64,000 nt of DNA from Nitrospirota bacterium (GCA_029261155.1 JAJDBW010000024.1:3355-67354), one strand, 5' to 3'; positions 47,899 through 58,460 are shown, counted from the first letter of the stretch. Notes: generated by a model not told the origin, from the letters alone. Numbers and translations are program-made.

Positions 47899-48435
47899 TT
47901 AAAACTCCGAAGATTGTTCAGTCGGCAATCTCGGTTCCGTAGGTGAGAAAGGGTCCTCGCTGAATTGCGAAAAGATCACCAGGTAGGCCATCACCAGGCA
48001 GACAATCAACGCGATTAAGAGCGGATTGTCCCTCAAAAAATGAATCTGCGCGCCGCCGCAGGCTGGGCATTTGTTGCCGTGTTCATCTCGCAAAGCTTCA
48101 TTGCACCATCGGCAAAACTTTTCTTTGCCTGGCGCGGGCTTGGCCGTGTCAACCGACTGAGGTCCAGAGCTTGCTTGAAGTGTGGCACCGCAGTGCCGAC
48201 AAATAGGCTGATCGGCTTTTACCATTTTACCGCATGACGAACAGGCCACAAAGCCCATCTTCTCCAACTCTTGGACCTCGTACTTCCGATCACCGAGGGC
48301 TGCGAGGTGAATAATGGCAATAAAAAACAAGAGAAAACCATAGACCGCCCAAGGGAAAAACGGACGGTTCTTCTGCTCTGCGATGACTCCGACGATGGCC
48401 CCGCTAATGATGCCGACAATGAGAGGGACAAGCAT
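47899..48435 (-). CDS. Membrane protein with double zinc ribbons
   Basis: TM segments plus four CxxC pairs (CSSC, CRHC, CRWC, CPAC). Confidence 0.7.
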   Translation of the reverse strand: MLVPLIVGIISGAIVGVIAEQKNRPFFPWAVYGFLLFFIAIIHLAALGDRKYEVQELEKMGFVACSSCGKMVKADQPICRHCGATLQASSGPQSVDTAKPAPGKEKFCRWCNEALRDEHGNKCPACGGAQIHFLRDNPLLIALIVCLVMAYLVIFSQFSEDPFSPTEPRLPTEQSSEF

Positions 48436-48715
48436 TTTTTATCTATATCCTTTCAGTTAAAAAAAAGTTCGGTCGAAAAAGAGGACGAAAAACCTCCTTA
48501 GGCTTCAAAAAGTGGTTCCGATACAATAAACGGACCCAGATTTAATTCTATAACAAGCCCAGGGGGCAAACAAGTTTAATTAATAAAAATAAGCCTAAGG
48601 CCATGAAAGAATAGGAAGCGCTTCGCTTAGGCTTGATAAACTGGATCGCAAACGAGAGCACACAGCGGGACATATGCGTGAGGCGCGAAGGCGGACCCAC
48701 CTAATTTAGCCTAGT

Positions 48716-49573
48716 TTAGTGGGTTTGCAATTCGACCGCCGGCGTCTCAAAGTGACGCGGTTCCAAGGGTGTATTGAGGCGATAGTTCAATTGAAGATCG
48801 TGAAGGGGAATTTTAACTTGTTTCGAATCGAAGGCGAAGGAAATGGAAACGGTCTTTTCAGGATTGATACTCACCTCCTGCGCTTGAATCTTCATATGCG
48901 GATGCCAAGCGATAACATAGTAAGTTCCGGGCGGTACATCAGAAATACGAAAGCCACCTTCGGCGTCTGTGACGGCAAAGTAGGGATTGCCTACGGCCAT
49001 GCCCCAGGACTGCATGTAGTCATGCACACCGCACTGCGTTCGGAAAAGATAGTGGCTTTTTCTAAACTGAATCATTCGCATGACATTCGCCATAGGCGTG
49101 GTCGGCTTATTGAACATGGGGAAGGTGTATTCGCCCTTCATGGTGTAACCTTGAATGTCGTGGGCCACGGGATCCTTACTCGATATGGCAATGGGATGAT
49201 GATTTCGAACGGGTGTCACAAAGGGTGTAATTTGACAATTTTCAATATCGATACGCGGGGTAAAATCAAAGGGCTTTCCTCGTTTTACGCCCACAATCGC
49301 AACGATCGCATTTTGTAAACCGCCGTCTTGGGAAACCTCAAATTCTTTTAATAAGCGGTTCCCCTTCCCATCCGAAATACGCATGCAATAATCAATATTC
49401 GGTGAGAAGATCAGATGAAAAATGCGAGTCGGAGGAGTCGTTCCCTCCAAAAAAATACGACCAGTCAAGGTGCCGCCGGAGGAGACCGGACCTTCTTCAT
49501 AAGTCCAGCCCCTTGATTGATTGACGCAGATCGAAAGCACGATCCATATGCCAATAAAAACTTTTCTAAACAT
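48716..49573 (-). CDS. Exported cupredoxin-like / carboxypeptidase-regulatory-like domain protein (paralogue 3)
   Basis: Signal peptide; DPVAHDI, CGVHDYMQSW, G-F-I-VPPGTY-AWHP. Confidence 0.8.
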   Translation of the reverse strand: MFRKVFIGIWIVLSICVNQSRGWTYEEGPVSSGGTLTGRIFLEGTTPPTRIFHLIFSPNIDYCMRISDGKGNRLLKEFEVSQDGGLQNAIVAIVGVKRGKPFDFTPRIDIENCQITPFVTPVRNHHPIAISSKDPVAHDIQGYTMKGEYTFPMFNKPTTPMANVMRMIQFRKSHYLFRTQCGVHDYMQSWGMAVGNPYFAVTDAEGGFRISDVPPGTYYVIAWHPHMKIQAQEVSINPEKTVSISFAFDSKQVKIPLHDLQLNYRLNTPLEPRHFETPAVELQTH

Positions 49574-49703
49574 TCAAAGGCCTCCAAAGGTATATATTAA
49601 ACCATAGCACTTTTCATTGAAAGGGTTTAAAGATCGCGCTTCGATCGCTTGAAATAAGACATTAGGGGCATGAATCGCTTGGATCACTACACGCCGGTTG
49701 AAT

Positions 49704-50639
49704 TCAATCGATAATAATTCGATCTTCGCCCTCGTGAAGTCGGTGATCCTCTGGGGTCGCCGGGCTGATTCGAAATTGTTTCTGTGTCTCGTAGGGCGGT
49801 CGCCTGACGAGTGCCCCGTCAAATTCGAAATCGAGACGCGTAACCTGCCCGCTATCCACGGTAATGCTTTTCTCATAGACCTTATAATGCGGATGCCAAA
49901 TGCTTACGGTATAGTCGCCCGGCAACAAATCCGAAATTTTGTAGCGACCATCTTTCGCGGTTTTTGCGTAATAAGGACTGTCTACGACAAAGCCCCAGCT
50001 CTGCATAAATTCATGCATCCCGCAGATCATCTGCGAAATGCGCTTGCCTTCCTGAAAATGAAGTCCCCCGCCCCTCGGTTCATCCGAGATGGGGAGCGGT
50101 GTATTCAATATAATATTACCTTTTTCGTTTTGAAAAACCTGTATATTGTGAACGATGGGATCCTTGTTGATCATGGAGATGGGCTGGTGATTTTCTAAAA
50201 TCGCCACATTCGGGTGTTCATGGTGAACGTGTCCATTTTCATCCACAAAAAACTGTTCGTTTGCCGCCACATCGGCCGGGTGAAACATGCAATCGACCGC
50301 AACGAATTCTCTTTGAATCACCGGGAAGGGTTTGCCCTTCTCTACTTCCTGAACAAATACGACGGCTTCCCATAAACCACGATCTTTATCTACAATAAAT
50401 TCATTGAGAAGCACATTGCCTTGACCATCGGATATTTTTTTACAAAACGAACCGAAGGGATAGAGCACCAAGGCAAATACCCGAGGTTCCGGGATTGGCC
50501 CCCGCAAAGTCACTTTTCCCTCGATCGAACCGCCTCGACTCACATCCACCTCCTCGTAACTATAAACGAGCGCTGGAAGTGTGAAGAACAGTCCCACCAA
50601 AAGAAAAGAGGCGACTCCCTTCAGAAAAAAAGGCTTCAT
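49704..50639 (-). CDS. Exported cupredoxin-like / carboxypeptidase-regulatory-like domain protein (paralogue 2)
   Basis: GGAGG RBS before the ATG at 50639; signal peptide; DPIVHNI, CGMHEFMQSW. Confidence 0.8.
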   Translation of the reverse strand: MKPFFLKGVASFLLVGLFFTLPALVYSYEEVDVSRGGSIEGKVTLRGPIPEPRVFALVLYPFGSFCKKISDGQGNVLLNEFIVDKDRGLWEAVVFVQEVEKGKPFPVIQREFVAVDCMFHPADVAANEQFFVDENGHVHHEHPNVAILENHQPISMINKDPIVHNIQVFQNEKGNIILNTPLPISDEPRGGGLHFQEGKRISQMICGMHEFMQSWGFVVDSPYYAKTAKDGRYKISDLLPGDYTVSIWHPHYKVYEKSITVDSGQVTRLDFEFDGALVRRPPYETQKQFRISPATPEDHRLHEGEDRIIID

Positions 50640-50689
50640 TGAATCGCCTCCCTTCATCCGAATAGATATAAAGTTCAAGCGAATAAACA

Positions 50690-50725
50690 AGACGGGGCAG
50701 GCGTCAAAAGCCTCCTGCCCCGTCT
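50690..50725. terminator. Intercistronic hairpin
   Basis: AGACGGGGCAGG...CCTGCCCCGTCT, 12-bp stem; TTGTTT follows on the minus strand. Confidence 0.65.
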
Positions 50726-50855
50726 AAAAAAATAATACCGAATTCGTTTTAGAACCTAAGAATGAATATCGAGATAAGTGACAAGGCCGCTTTAGCCTCA
50801 TTAAATCATTGTAATTTTTCTTCGTGACGCCTGAACCGAAAGAAGTCGTTTTGCT

Positions 50856-51824
50856 TTAATCGATGATGAGCCTGTCGTCTCCTTCTTTCAGTTTATGGTC
50901 TTCCGGCGTTGCAGGACTAATACGAAATTGTTTTTGTTTTTCGTACTCTGGGCGTTTAACCAGATCGGCATTAAACTCGAAATTGACTCGAGTCTCTTTA
51001 TTGGCTTTGATCGTCACCTCTTTCTCAAAAACCTTAAACTGTGGATGCCAAAAAGCAACCGTGTAGGTTCCAGGCAAGAGTCCGTCGATAGTGAAGGTGC
51101 CATCTTTTGCCGTCTTTGCGTAATAGGGATTATCGACGACAAATCCCCAACTTTGCATAAACTCGTGCATGCCGCAAATCATCTGAGAAATTCGTTTCCC
51201 TTTTTTATAGTGCAAAACACCGCCTCGGGGTTCGTAGGCGACAGTCGCGACGCCCGGCTTGGTTTTTTTTGCCGGTGGCAGCGGTGTATTCAAAATAATA
51301 TTTCCTCTTTCGTTCTGAAAGACCTGAATATTGTGAATGATGGGATCCCGGTTCACCATGTTCATCTTCTGGTGATTGTGCAAGATAGAAACATTTGGAT
51401 GCTCATGTCGCATTTGCCCTTGCTCGTCAACCATGAACATTTCATTATCCGCCACATCGGCGGGATGGAACATGCAATCTGTCGCGACAAAATCGGCGAC
51501 TTGGGGGCGATAAGGCTTTCCCTTTTCTACGGCCTTTACGGCAACAACAGCCTCCCAGAGTCCTCTGTCTTTTGATACGATAAATTCCTTCAGACGAACA
51601 TTCCCCTCGCCATCCGATATCTTCTTACAAAAAGGCCCAAAAGGATAGAGCACCAGGGCAAAAACCCTTGCGGAAGGTTTTTCACCCCTTAAGGTGACTT
51701 TTCCGGTAATGGCGCCGCCTTCACTCACATCAACCGTTTCGTATGCCTCAGCCACTGAAAGCAAAAACAAGCCAAGCAGACCGATGAGCAGAAGTCCTAG
51801 GCTTAATCTTCTCCGCTTTTTCAT
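50856..51824 (-). CDS. Exported cupredoxin-like / carboxypeptidase-regulatory-like domain protein (paralogue 1)
   Basis: AAGGAGG RBS; signal peptide; DPIIHNI, CGMHEFMQSW. Confidence 0.8.
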   Translation of the reverse strand: MKKRRRLSLGLLLIGLLGLFLLSVAEAYETVDVSEGGAITGKVTLRGEKPSARVFALVLYPFGPFCKKISDGEGNVRLKEFIVSKDRGLWEAVVAVKAVEKGKPYRPQVADFVATDCMFHPADVADNEMFMVDEQGQMRHEHPNVSILHNHQKMNMVNRDPIIHNIQVFQNERGNIILNTPLPPAKKTKPGVATVAYEPRGGVLHYKKGKRISQMICGMHEFMQSWGFVVDNPYYAKTAKDGTFTIDGLLPGTYTVAFWHPQFKVFEKEVTIKANKETRVNFEFNADLVKRPEYEKQKQFRISPATPEDHKLKEGDDRLIID

Positions 51825-51863
51825 TGGTTCCTCCTTACTTTACTTCAGGTGATTCAAAAAAAA

Positions 51864-51902
51864 TCGGGGCGAAGGACAAGTTTGCACTCACCCTTGCCCC
51901 GA
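51864..51902 (-). terminator. Hairpin and T-run after the multicopper oxidase gene
   Basis: TCGGGGCGAAGG...CCCTTGCCCCGA imperfect stem; a T-run follows on the minus strand. Confidence 0.6.
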
Positions 51903-51924
51903 CATCTTTAAAATAAAACTTCGC

Positions 51925-54900
51925 TTATTTTTCGAGCATCGATAAGGGCCCGGGCAATTCATCCAAGCCCGAGAGAACTTCCGGAAGTTCTACTTGAGGA
52001 AGTTCAGCTGTTCGGCTCCCGACACTGCCACCCCGGTTCAAGGGCAGGATACGCTGATCTCCGGCTGGGAGGACTCGGAGATAGCCCCACTGGCCCGCCG
52101 CAGTATAGGGTAGCCGGTGATTCTGCCAGACATAGTCTCCCACTAAACCGAAAGGACCACCGGCACCTTGCTTGATGTAGACATCCAGGTATTCCCCACC
52201 GCCAAACTGGAGACTGCTCAACATATCGGCACCCACCATGTTCGGTTTAAAGGGCCACTCGTGACCTTCGATGCTGAAAACCTGATTCTGTTCGCTGAAT
52301 GCACCGAAGACGTGCATGCGAACAGGATCGCCGGCATGCGCCATAACCGTCGGGGTGTACAATCCCTTTGCATCGGCGACACAGGGCGTAAACATGGTGG
52401 CCAGCTCGCAGCCATTTTCTTCACGATACATCCAGGGCTCGCTCCGGTAATTCACACCCGCTAGTCCAGCAATCTGCTGGATGTAGGGCATAAAAGACGT
52501 CCCGATAATATTGTCTTCATCCTGGAAGAAAAGCGAGGCATCGCGATAATCCGAACGTCCGCGATTCTCCGGCATTGTTTGATCGAGAATAACATCGACC
52601 ATCCAGGCATTCTTTAAGGAGACATCATCACCGGTAATCGGATCGCGATATTTCGATCCCTTTGGCCCGACGATGATCGCTCCAAAAAGACCATCTCGAA
52701 CGTTATTAATGAAGTTCCCCCAATCCCAAATCAAAGAGGCAAATTCGCCATGATGTGGATGGGCATAAAAGGTGTACGTACGGCTTTTACCCGGAGGAAC
52801 CGTCTGATTGGTCGGATTGTTGCCGACGTTAACACCATGAGAATCGCGTGGATCAAAGGACATCATATCGGAACTGAAAGATGCATGTCCTTCTTTTAAT
52901 TGATTCTTGAGATTCACTTTCACACAATCTCCAGAGTTGACGTGCAGGACCAAGGGGTGTGGCTGATCGCCCGTTGCCACTTTGGCCTTGTCGCCTTCAA
53001 GCATGAAGATCTTACCCTCCGGATTTGAAATTTGAAGCTTACGGTCAAAATCAACCTCTATGACATCCGGGGCATTCGGATTAAACTTTAATGCCCGGTC
53101 GGCCGCAATGACATTAAACATTTTTACCGGTGCGTCCGAAGGACAGATCGACTTGCTGGACACAGGAATCACGCCTGTCCCATTGCCGGTTCCCGGAAGT
53201 TTTTGAAGATCTTTAACTTCCTTATCCAAGACACGGAGAATACCCCACGATCCCTCGGAAAGATGCGAGGCGCGACCGTTATAATGAAGGTAATCGCCAG
53301 CCATCATCTGCGGTCCACCGGCCTTAAAGACCAAGTCATAACGTTCCGCAATACCCACGTGATGCGCATTCCTAAAATCGGAGTGTTCCGCATAACGCTC
53401 TGTCCGGAAGGCATGGCCTGCCACCTTCCACACATGGCTCTCGTTCATCAAGCTGTGGAGCAAGCGAACCGTAATGGTGTCGCCCAGATAGGCACGAACC
53501 ATGATGGTGCTCGGATCCTGATGCGTTTTGCTTGAGAAGATAAGCGTCGGGTCCGGATTGATCTTTAAGCGACGCGCAACCGATTCGGCTCGGAAATTAA
53601 ATCCGCCGCCCGTGGTGTGCGTTCCGCCGTTGAGGTCCGTCGCTGCAACCAGATCCAAATCATAAGGCATTTGGAAAGAAAGCGTCTGACCCGCATCAAT
53701 GGCCACCTGTATCGACTGCCCCGGCGGATTACCCTTGGTCACAACCTGTGCGGTGGTCGGCACGGTATCGTGCGGCATCACCACAATTTCACGGAAGCTT
53801 CCGTTGATCCCATAACCGATCGGCTCGGTTGAGCGAATATCGGCGACGGTTCCGCTTCGAATGGGTTCACCGGTGGTTGGATCGTGGTAGGTCGAACCCG
53901 CGGGCTCGACAATCATTGCACCCACACCGCCGTGCGCCCAAGTTGTCGCGCCGAAGGCATGGTCATGCCAGAAAACCGCGCCGGTGTCTGCATCAACCCA
54001 ATAGCGATACCGCACCCATTCAACGGAGGCGATCTCGCCTTTTTTATGGTCGTGCTTCAGAGGTTCGGACAGGATCATCGTGTCGCCTTTGATGTCCTTA
54101 ATCCACCGGACTTCACCCGTATTCACTTGATCCATCCCGATCAAGATGTCGGTTCCGACATGGAATTTACTCGCCTCTTCCGGCATCTTGAACTTAATGC
54201 GATCAGAACCGGCTTTAGCATCCGCGGTCACGTGCGCGTTCATTGGAACCGGAAGCCCTTTGTGTTTATCTTTTTTGAATTGTGTAAAGGGCCGAACCGA
54301 TTGGTCATAGGAAAAACCACTGATTACGCCGTCGGAAGCCTGATTGTCGAACTGAATGAAATGAATGTGGATATTGATTTTCGACATCTGAAAATTCGTC
54401 GTGTCGTTATCCAACCACTCGCTCTTGAGCAAGACATCAACACAGTCGTAAACGCTGGATCGATAAACCAAGGGGATGGCTTTCGGTCCACCCGGATTCG
54501 CTCGAACCTCTTCTTCTTCCTCATGAAGAACGTAAATCAATCCCCCTTTATCGACCACGGCCTTTTCACTTCCGAGCTTCTTTGAAAGCTCGATCGGCGT
54601 TTCGATAAAGTGGATGGTGTATTGTTTACGACCGGCATTCTCCGGGCAAAGGCTCCAGCGGCCCTGCTCACCCGGACGGGGAGGCTGGGTCGTTTCTTGG
54701 CCGGGCACCCCGACGCTTCCGGGATCGGTACCGGGTATGCCGGTGTTTTTGTCCATATGGATCGGTTCCAACCAGGGTGCCCCGCCATGATGACGTGCGA
54801 AAGGCGGACGCTTACCGAAATGCGGTTTAAAGTGAGGCCAAGCCAATTTTCCGGTTCTCGCGTCAAATAATAAGGGCGGACGTTTTCCCGGCATCGGCGA

Positions 54901-56886
54901 TTTGTATTTCGGCCAAGGAAATTTACCCGTGGCTTCTTTTTCGCCCATCGCCTTATTGCCATCCCACACCCAGTCAAATACGGTTGCATCATAGGCCGCA
55001 ATCTGACCTTTTTCATCGGATGTGTGACCGGGTTCACCGGCTGGGGGCAGCATCATCTTGACCCAATCTTTAATGGAAACATCGGGAATTGGTTTTGACC
55101 AATCGCTGCTGGCCTTGGTCACATTCCATTTTTTGTCAAACCAGTCCATCGTTTTTCCGACCAGTTTGTCGGAGGTGACAGCCGGTTTGATGCGCCCTTT
55201 TCTATCGGGTAATTCTTGAAGCGGCGGCATCACATCGGTGCTCATCATGGGATAGTCCCCGCCTTGAAGCGTATTGTATACCCGCCAGTATCCCCACATA
55301 CCTGCAACATAGTGGTGGGCCACATGGCAGTGGAAAAGAAAATCTCCGGCCAGTTGTTGGCAAAGCCCCGATCCGCACTCGGTCTGAAGATCCAGTACCT
55401 CGGAGGGCCCAATCACCTGCACATCGACACGGTCGGAAGTGGTTCGAATTTCAGGGAACTTTACTGGACCGTTCTCTGCTGCAGTTAACAAAAATTCTGC
55501 TTTTCCGTCGGCTTTGGGCTGACGGAGCCAGCGAATGGTGCCACCGTGCGGATGGTGGGAGTGGAAAACTTCTCCGCCACCATGGACAAGGCGGTACTTT
55601 GCTGGATCACCCATGTAGGATCGTGGAATCGTCGTGGGCGGATCGCCAAAGGTGTAGGCGCTGTACCCCTGCGACTCGTCTTCAAAGTGAAAATATTTTT
55701 CCTGAACGGCCAGGTTATTCACGCCGAAAGGCTCGCTCCGGAAGTTCAGCGCACGCGCCGAAGGCCGATAGGCATCGGTATTCGGATCGCGCTGAGGAAT
55801 CATCTCGCCAAAACGGTTCAAAGGACGGAAGGACTCATCACCAATCTCGTGATAAATCAGAACGAACTCTCGGAAATCCCGAGAAGAGGGATGTAGAGAC
55901 TTGTCGCTGGCAATCATCATCTGCCAACCGCTCTTTCCATCTTTGCCGGTAAGTGGATCGATATAAGTTGAACCCATGGGTTCAACCACGAAAGTGCCGA
56001 TCATCCCCAAGCTGGCTTGTTCACGGCCCACATGACTGTGAAATGTATGGGCGCCTTCTTGCTCGTCAGGAAGGATATACCACTCGTAAACCTGGCTGGC
56101 GTCTTGATCGATAATCGTCGAATCGGGATTGGAGATAACCGCCGCCTTACCCGTTGATTTAATAATGGTGCTCGAACCGTGAATGTGGAGGCTGACTTCT
56201 TCACCATCCAGCTTGTTGTGTAGTGTGATATTGACGCAATCGCCCTGATTCGCACGGATCACTAGAGGTTGAATCTTATCGCCCTGAAGTCCGTTGGAAA
56301 CCGCGCCGGGATCGTAACCTTCCTTTTCGCGGGCTTCAGCATTAATGCGTTCTTCTTCTCGAACGGCTTCGAGATCTTGCGTGAGTACGTACATGTAGCC
56401 CGGATGAAAATCCAACCACTGGTTCAAGGTAATTTCGACATTGATTGCAGCGATGTCGAAATTCTTCATTGGCGCGCCTTTCGGACAATGTCCGCCGCCG
56501 CTGACGGTTTCAGAAGCCCCGCTCGGTCCGAGAAAGAAGCTGCGATCCATCTGCTGCATCGCGCCCATTTCTCCGAAAGCACCGGGGTCACCGCCGCTTC
56601 GTTCCGATAGTTTCTGGGTGCCCACCATAATATCGTCCATTAAGGTCTTCATGGCGGCGTTAACTTGTTCGTCGCGTCCGGCACGGCCCTCGGCCTGTTC
56701 TTCTCTCTTAATTTGGGCGTTGAACTTTTCCTTCCAATTCTCTGCATCGGCGGAAGCAAGCATTTGTGAATCGGAATGGCCCGAATGCTCATGATCTGAC
56801 TCTCCTGCCATGACCTTTCCATGCACAGAGAAAACCAGCATGAACGCGAAGAACAACTTTAAGGCATTTCCTCCAGTAACATTCAT
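51925..56886 (-). CDS. Giant exported multicopper oxidase (MnxG-like domain order)
   Basis: 1653 aa with a signal peptide. Copper motifs SLHIHG, TFHSH, FHSHHPHG, FHCHVAHHYVAGMWG (T1 site), NIHIHF and FWHDH; later domains are degenerate. AAGGAG RBS. Confidence 0.88.
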   Translation of the reverse strand: MNVTGGNALKLFFAFMLVFSVHGKVMAGESDHEHSGHSDSQMLASADAENWKEKFNAQIKREEQAEGRAGRDEQVNAAMKTLMDDIMVGTQKLSERSGGDPGAFGEMGAMQQMDRSFFLGPSGASETVSGGGHCPKGAPMKNFDIAAINVEITLNQWLDFHPGYMYVLTQDLEAVREEERINAEAREKEGYDPGAVSNGLQGDKIQPLVIRANQGDCVNITLHNKLDGEEVSLHIHGSSTIIKSTGKAAVISNPDSTIIDQDASQVYEWYILPDEQEGAHTFHSHVGREQASLGMIGTFVVEPMGSTYIDPLTGKDGKSGWQMMIASDKSLHPSSRDFREFVLIYHEIGDESFRPLNRFGEMIPQRDPNTDAYRPSARALNFRSEPFGVNNLAVQEKYFHFEDESQGYSAYTFGDPPTTIPRSYMGDPAKYRLVHGGGEVFHSHHPHGGTIRWLRQPKADGKAEFLLTAAENGPVKFPEIRTTSDRVDVQVIGPSEVLDLQTECGSGLCQQLAGDFLFHCHVAHHYVAGMWGYWRVYNTLQGGDYPMMSTDVMPPLQELPDRKGRIKPAVTSDKLVGKTMDWFDKKWNVTKASSDWSKPIPDVSIKDWVKMMLPPAGEPGHTSDEKGQIAAYDATVFDWVWDGNKAMGEKEATGKFPWPKYKSPMPGKRPPLLFDARTGKLAWPHFKPHFGKRPPFARHHGGAPWLEPIHMDKNTGIPGTDPGSVGVPGQETTQPPRPGEQGRWSLCPENAGRKQYTIHFIETPIELSKKLGSEKAVVDKGGLIYVLHEEEEEVRANPGGPKAIPLVYRSSVYDCVDVLLKSEWLDNDTTNFQMSKINIHIHFIQFDNQASDGVISGFSYDQSVRPFTQFKKDKHKGLPVPMNAHVTADAKAGSDRIKFKMPEEASKFHVGTDILIGMDQVNTGEVRWIKDIKGDTMILSEPLKHDHKKGEIASVEWVRYRYWVDADTGAVFWHDHAFGATTWAHGGVGAMIVEPAGSTYHDPTTGEPIRSGTVADIRSTEPIGYGINGSFREIVVMPHDTVPTTAQVVTKGNPPGQSIQVAIDAGQTLSFQMPYDLDLVAATDLNGGTHTTGGGFNFRAESVARRLKINPDPTLIFSSKTHQDPSTIMVRAYLGDTITVRLLHSLMNESHVWKVAGHAFRTERYAEHSDFRNAHHVGIAERYDLVFKAGGPQMMAGDYLHYNGRASHLSEGSWGILRVLDKEVKDLQKLPGTGNGTGVIPVSSKSICPSDAPVKMFNVIAADRALKFNPNAPDVIEVDFDRKLQISNPEGKIFMLEGDKAKVATGDQPHPLVLHVNSGDCVKVNLKNQLKEGHASFSSDMMSFDPRDSHGVNVGNNPTNQTVPPGKSRTYTFYAHPHHGEFASLIWDWGNFINNVRDGLFGAIIVGPKGSKYRDPITGDDVSLKNAWMVDVILDQTMPENRGRSDYRDASLFFQDEDNIIGTSFMPYIQQIAGLAGVNYRSEPWMYREENGCELATMFTPCVADAKGLYTPTVMAHAGDPVRMHVFGAFSEQNQVFSIEGHEWPFKPNMVGADMLSSLQFGGGEYLDVYIKQGAGGPFGLVGDYVWQNHRLPYTAAGQWGYLRVLPAGDQRILPLNRGGSVGSRTAELPQVELPEVLSGLDELPGPLSMLEK

Positions 56887-57080
56887 TATATTCTCCTTCT
56901 CATCTTCATTATTTATGGGGGTTTCGGTCTTAATTAAAATAACTCGGTTGCCTTGAATGTAAAAATAGATTCCGTATCGACTTTTTGATTGCGATGCTCA
57001 AAACAAAATATCGACAACATAAGTTCACTCGTACGAATTTTACGCAAATCTAACCGCGAAAAACATGAGAAATTTTGGCA

Positions 57081-57109
57081 AAAATAGCACTTACAAAATA
57101 AAGTGTCAA
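57081..57109 (-). promoter_or_regulatory. sigma70 promoter of the multicopper oxidase operon
   Basis: Minus strand TTGACA, 17 nt, TATTTT, with a TGn extension. A CACTT-N8-AAGTG palindrome spans the spacer and the edge of the -35. Confidence 0.6.
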
Positions 57110-57322
57110 GAACTTTATTGCGAGCTTAATCCTTTTCATTCTTGTTTATATCGATTCGAGCGACCATTCGCATAACATAGCGGCAAATAATAGATGCTGA
57201 CCCTAAGCCTGTCTATTGGAATTTGTCAGGAACTCGCCAAATTTATAAAGGACAAGCTGTGAATTATGGGTCGGCGTATTCTTATTTTTTGGATATGCTG
57301 TATTCAAATATAGAAATATGAT

Positions 57323-58336
57323 TCAGGGCATGCGAACAGCGTACAATCGGACATGTCGATCTCCACCTCCGGAAGCGAGTGTCTTTCCATCCGGGGAAAA
57401 AGCAAGAGAGGCAACATATAGGGCATGCCCCGAGTGCAAGGTCATTCTGCTTTCTCCTGTTTCAAGATCCCAAAGAAGAATTGAGGCATCCGCGCCACCA
57501 GAAGCAAGCGTTGTTCCATCGGGTGAAAAAGACAATGTATTGACGGCGCCTTTATGACCAATGAGTTGTTTCTTTTCATTGAGTGTTGCCATGTCCCATA
57601 ACCGTATCGTTTGATCTCCGCTGCCTGAGGCCAGCGTTGCACCATCCGGAGAAAAGGCGAGCGAAAAAACCGGCTTTTCGTGCCCGACCAAAACCGCAAT
57701 CTCTTCTCCGGAGGCCCAATCCCAAAGTCGAATGCGTCGATCGGTGCTTCCAGAGGCCAAGAACCGACCGTCGGGAGAAAAGGCCAGCGCATTGATCGAT
57801 TTTTTATGCCCCTTAAGCATTTTTTTCTGCCTTCCCGTTCTGACGCTCCAAAGACGGACCTTGTTATCGGAGCTGCCCGAAACCAAGATCTGTCCGTCCG
57901 GAGAAAAGGCGACTGCACGGACCAATTTGGAATGCCCCAGGATCACCATCCGCTTTCCCGTCTGGGCATCCCAAAGATCCACGGATTTACTATAATTTCC
58001 CGAAGCCACAATATTTCCATCGGGAGAAAAGGTCACCGCGCGGACCAAGTTCGGGTGGCGCATCGAAAAGACCTGCTTCCCTTCTTCGAGGTCCCAGATC
58101 CGAACAGTCTTGTCATAACTGCCGGTCGCCAAACGCTTACCGTCGGGAGAAAAGGCCAGCGAGCGAACAATATCAAGATGCCCTTCCAGTACCGCTTTCA
58201 CCTTGAGCTGCTGCGATCCGGCCGAGTCGGCATCGGCGGTGTACGCGATGAGCGGAAGGAGGGCGACCCAAAGGGCGATGAAGCCAAACCCATTTCGCCG
58301 GTTGTTTCTTTTTTTATGATTCAGAGGTCGATACAA
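57323..58336 (-). CDS. Exported WD40 beta-propeller
   Basis: Seven (G)H...AFSPDG...SGS-D-TVRIWD repeats after a signal peptide. Confidence 0.92.
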   Translation of the reverse strand: MYRPLNHKKRNNRRNGFGFIALWVALLPLIAYTADADSAGSQQLKVKAVLEGHLDIVRSLAFSPDGKRLATGSYDKTVRIWDLEEGKQVFSMRHPNLVRAVTFSPDGNIVASGNYSKSVDLWDAQTGKRMVILGHSKLVRAVAFSPDGQILVSGSSDNKVRLWSVRTGRQKKMLKGHKKSINALAFSPDGRFLASGSTDRRIRLWDWASGEEIAVLVGHEKPVFSLAFSPDGATLASGSGDQTIRLWDMATLNEKKQLIGHKGAVNTLSFSPDGTTLASGGADASILLWDLETGESRMTLHSGHALYVASLAFSPDGKTLASGGGDRHVRLYAVRMP

Positions 58337-58460
58337 TTCACCCCTCCGAGATAAGCACTCACTTGAGCCGCCCCATTACGAGATGTCTATATTGGAAGAA
58401 TGGGGGGCGAGGATGAGAAACAAGAGCTGAGACTTCGGAAACCTTCTGCTCAGGCTTCCC

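Noticed and set aside
57400-58200. ~126-bp periodic nucleotide repeats
   Set aside because: Explained by the WD40 protein repeats.
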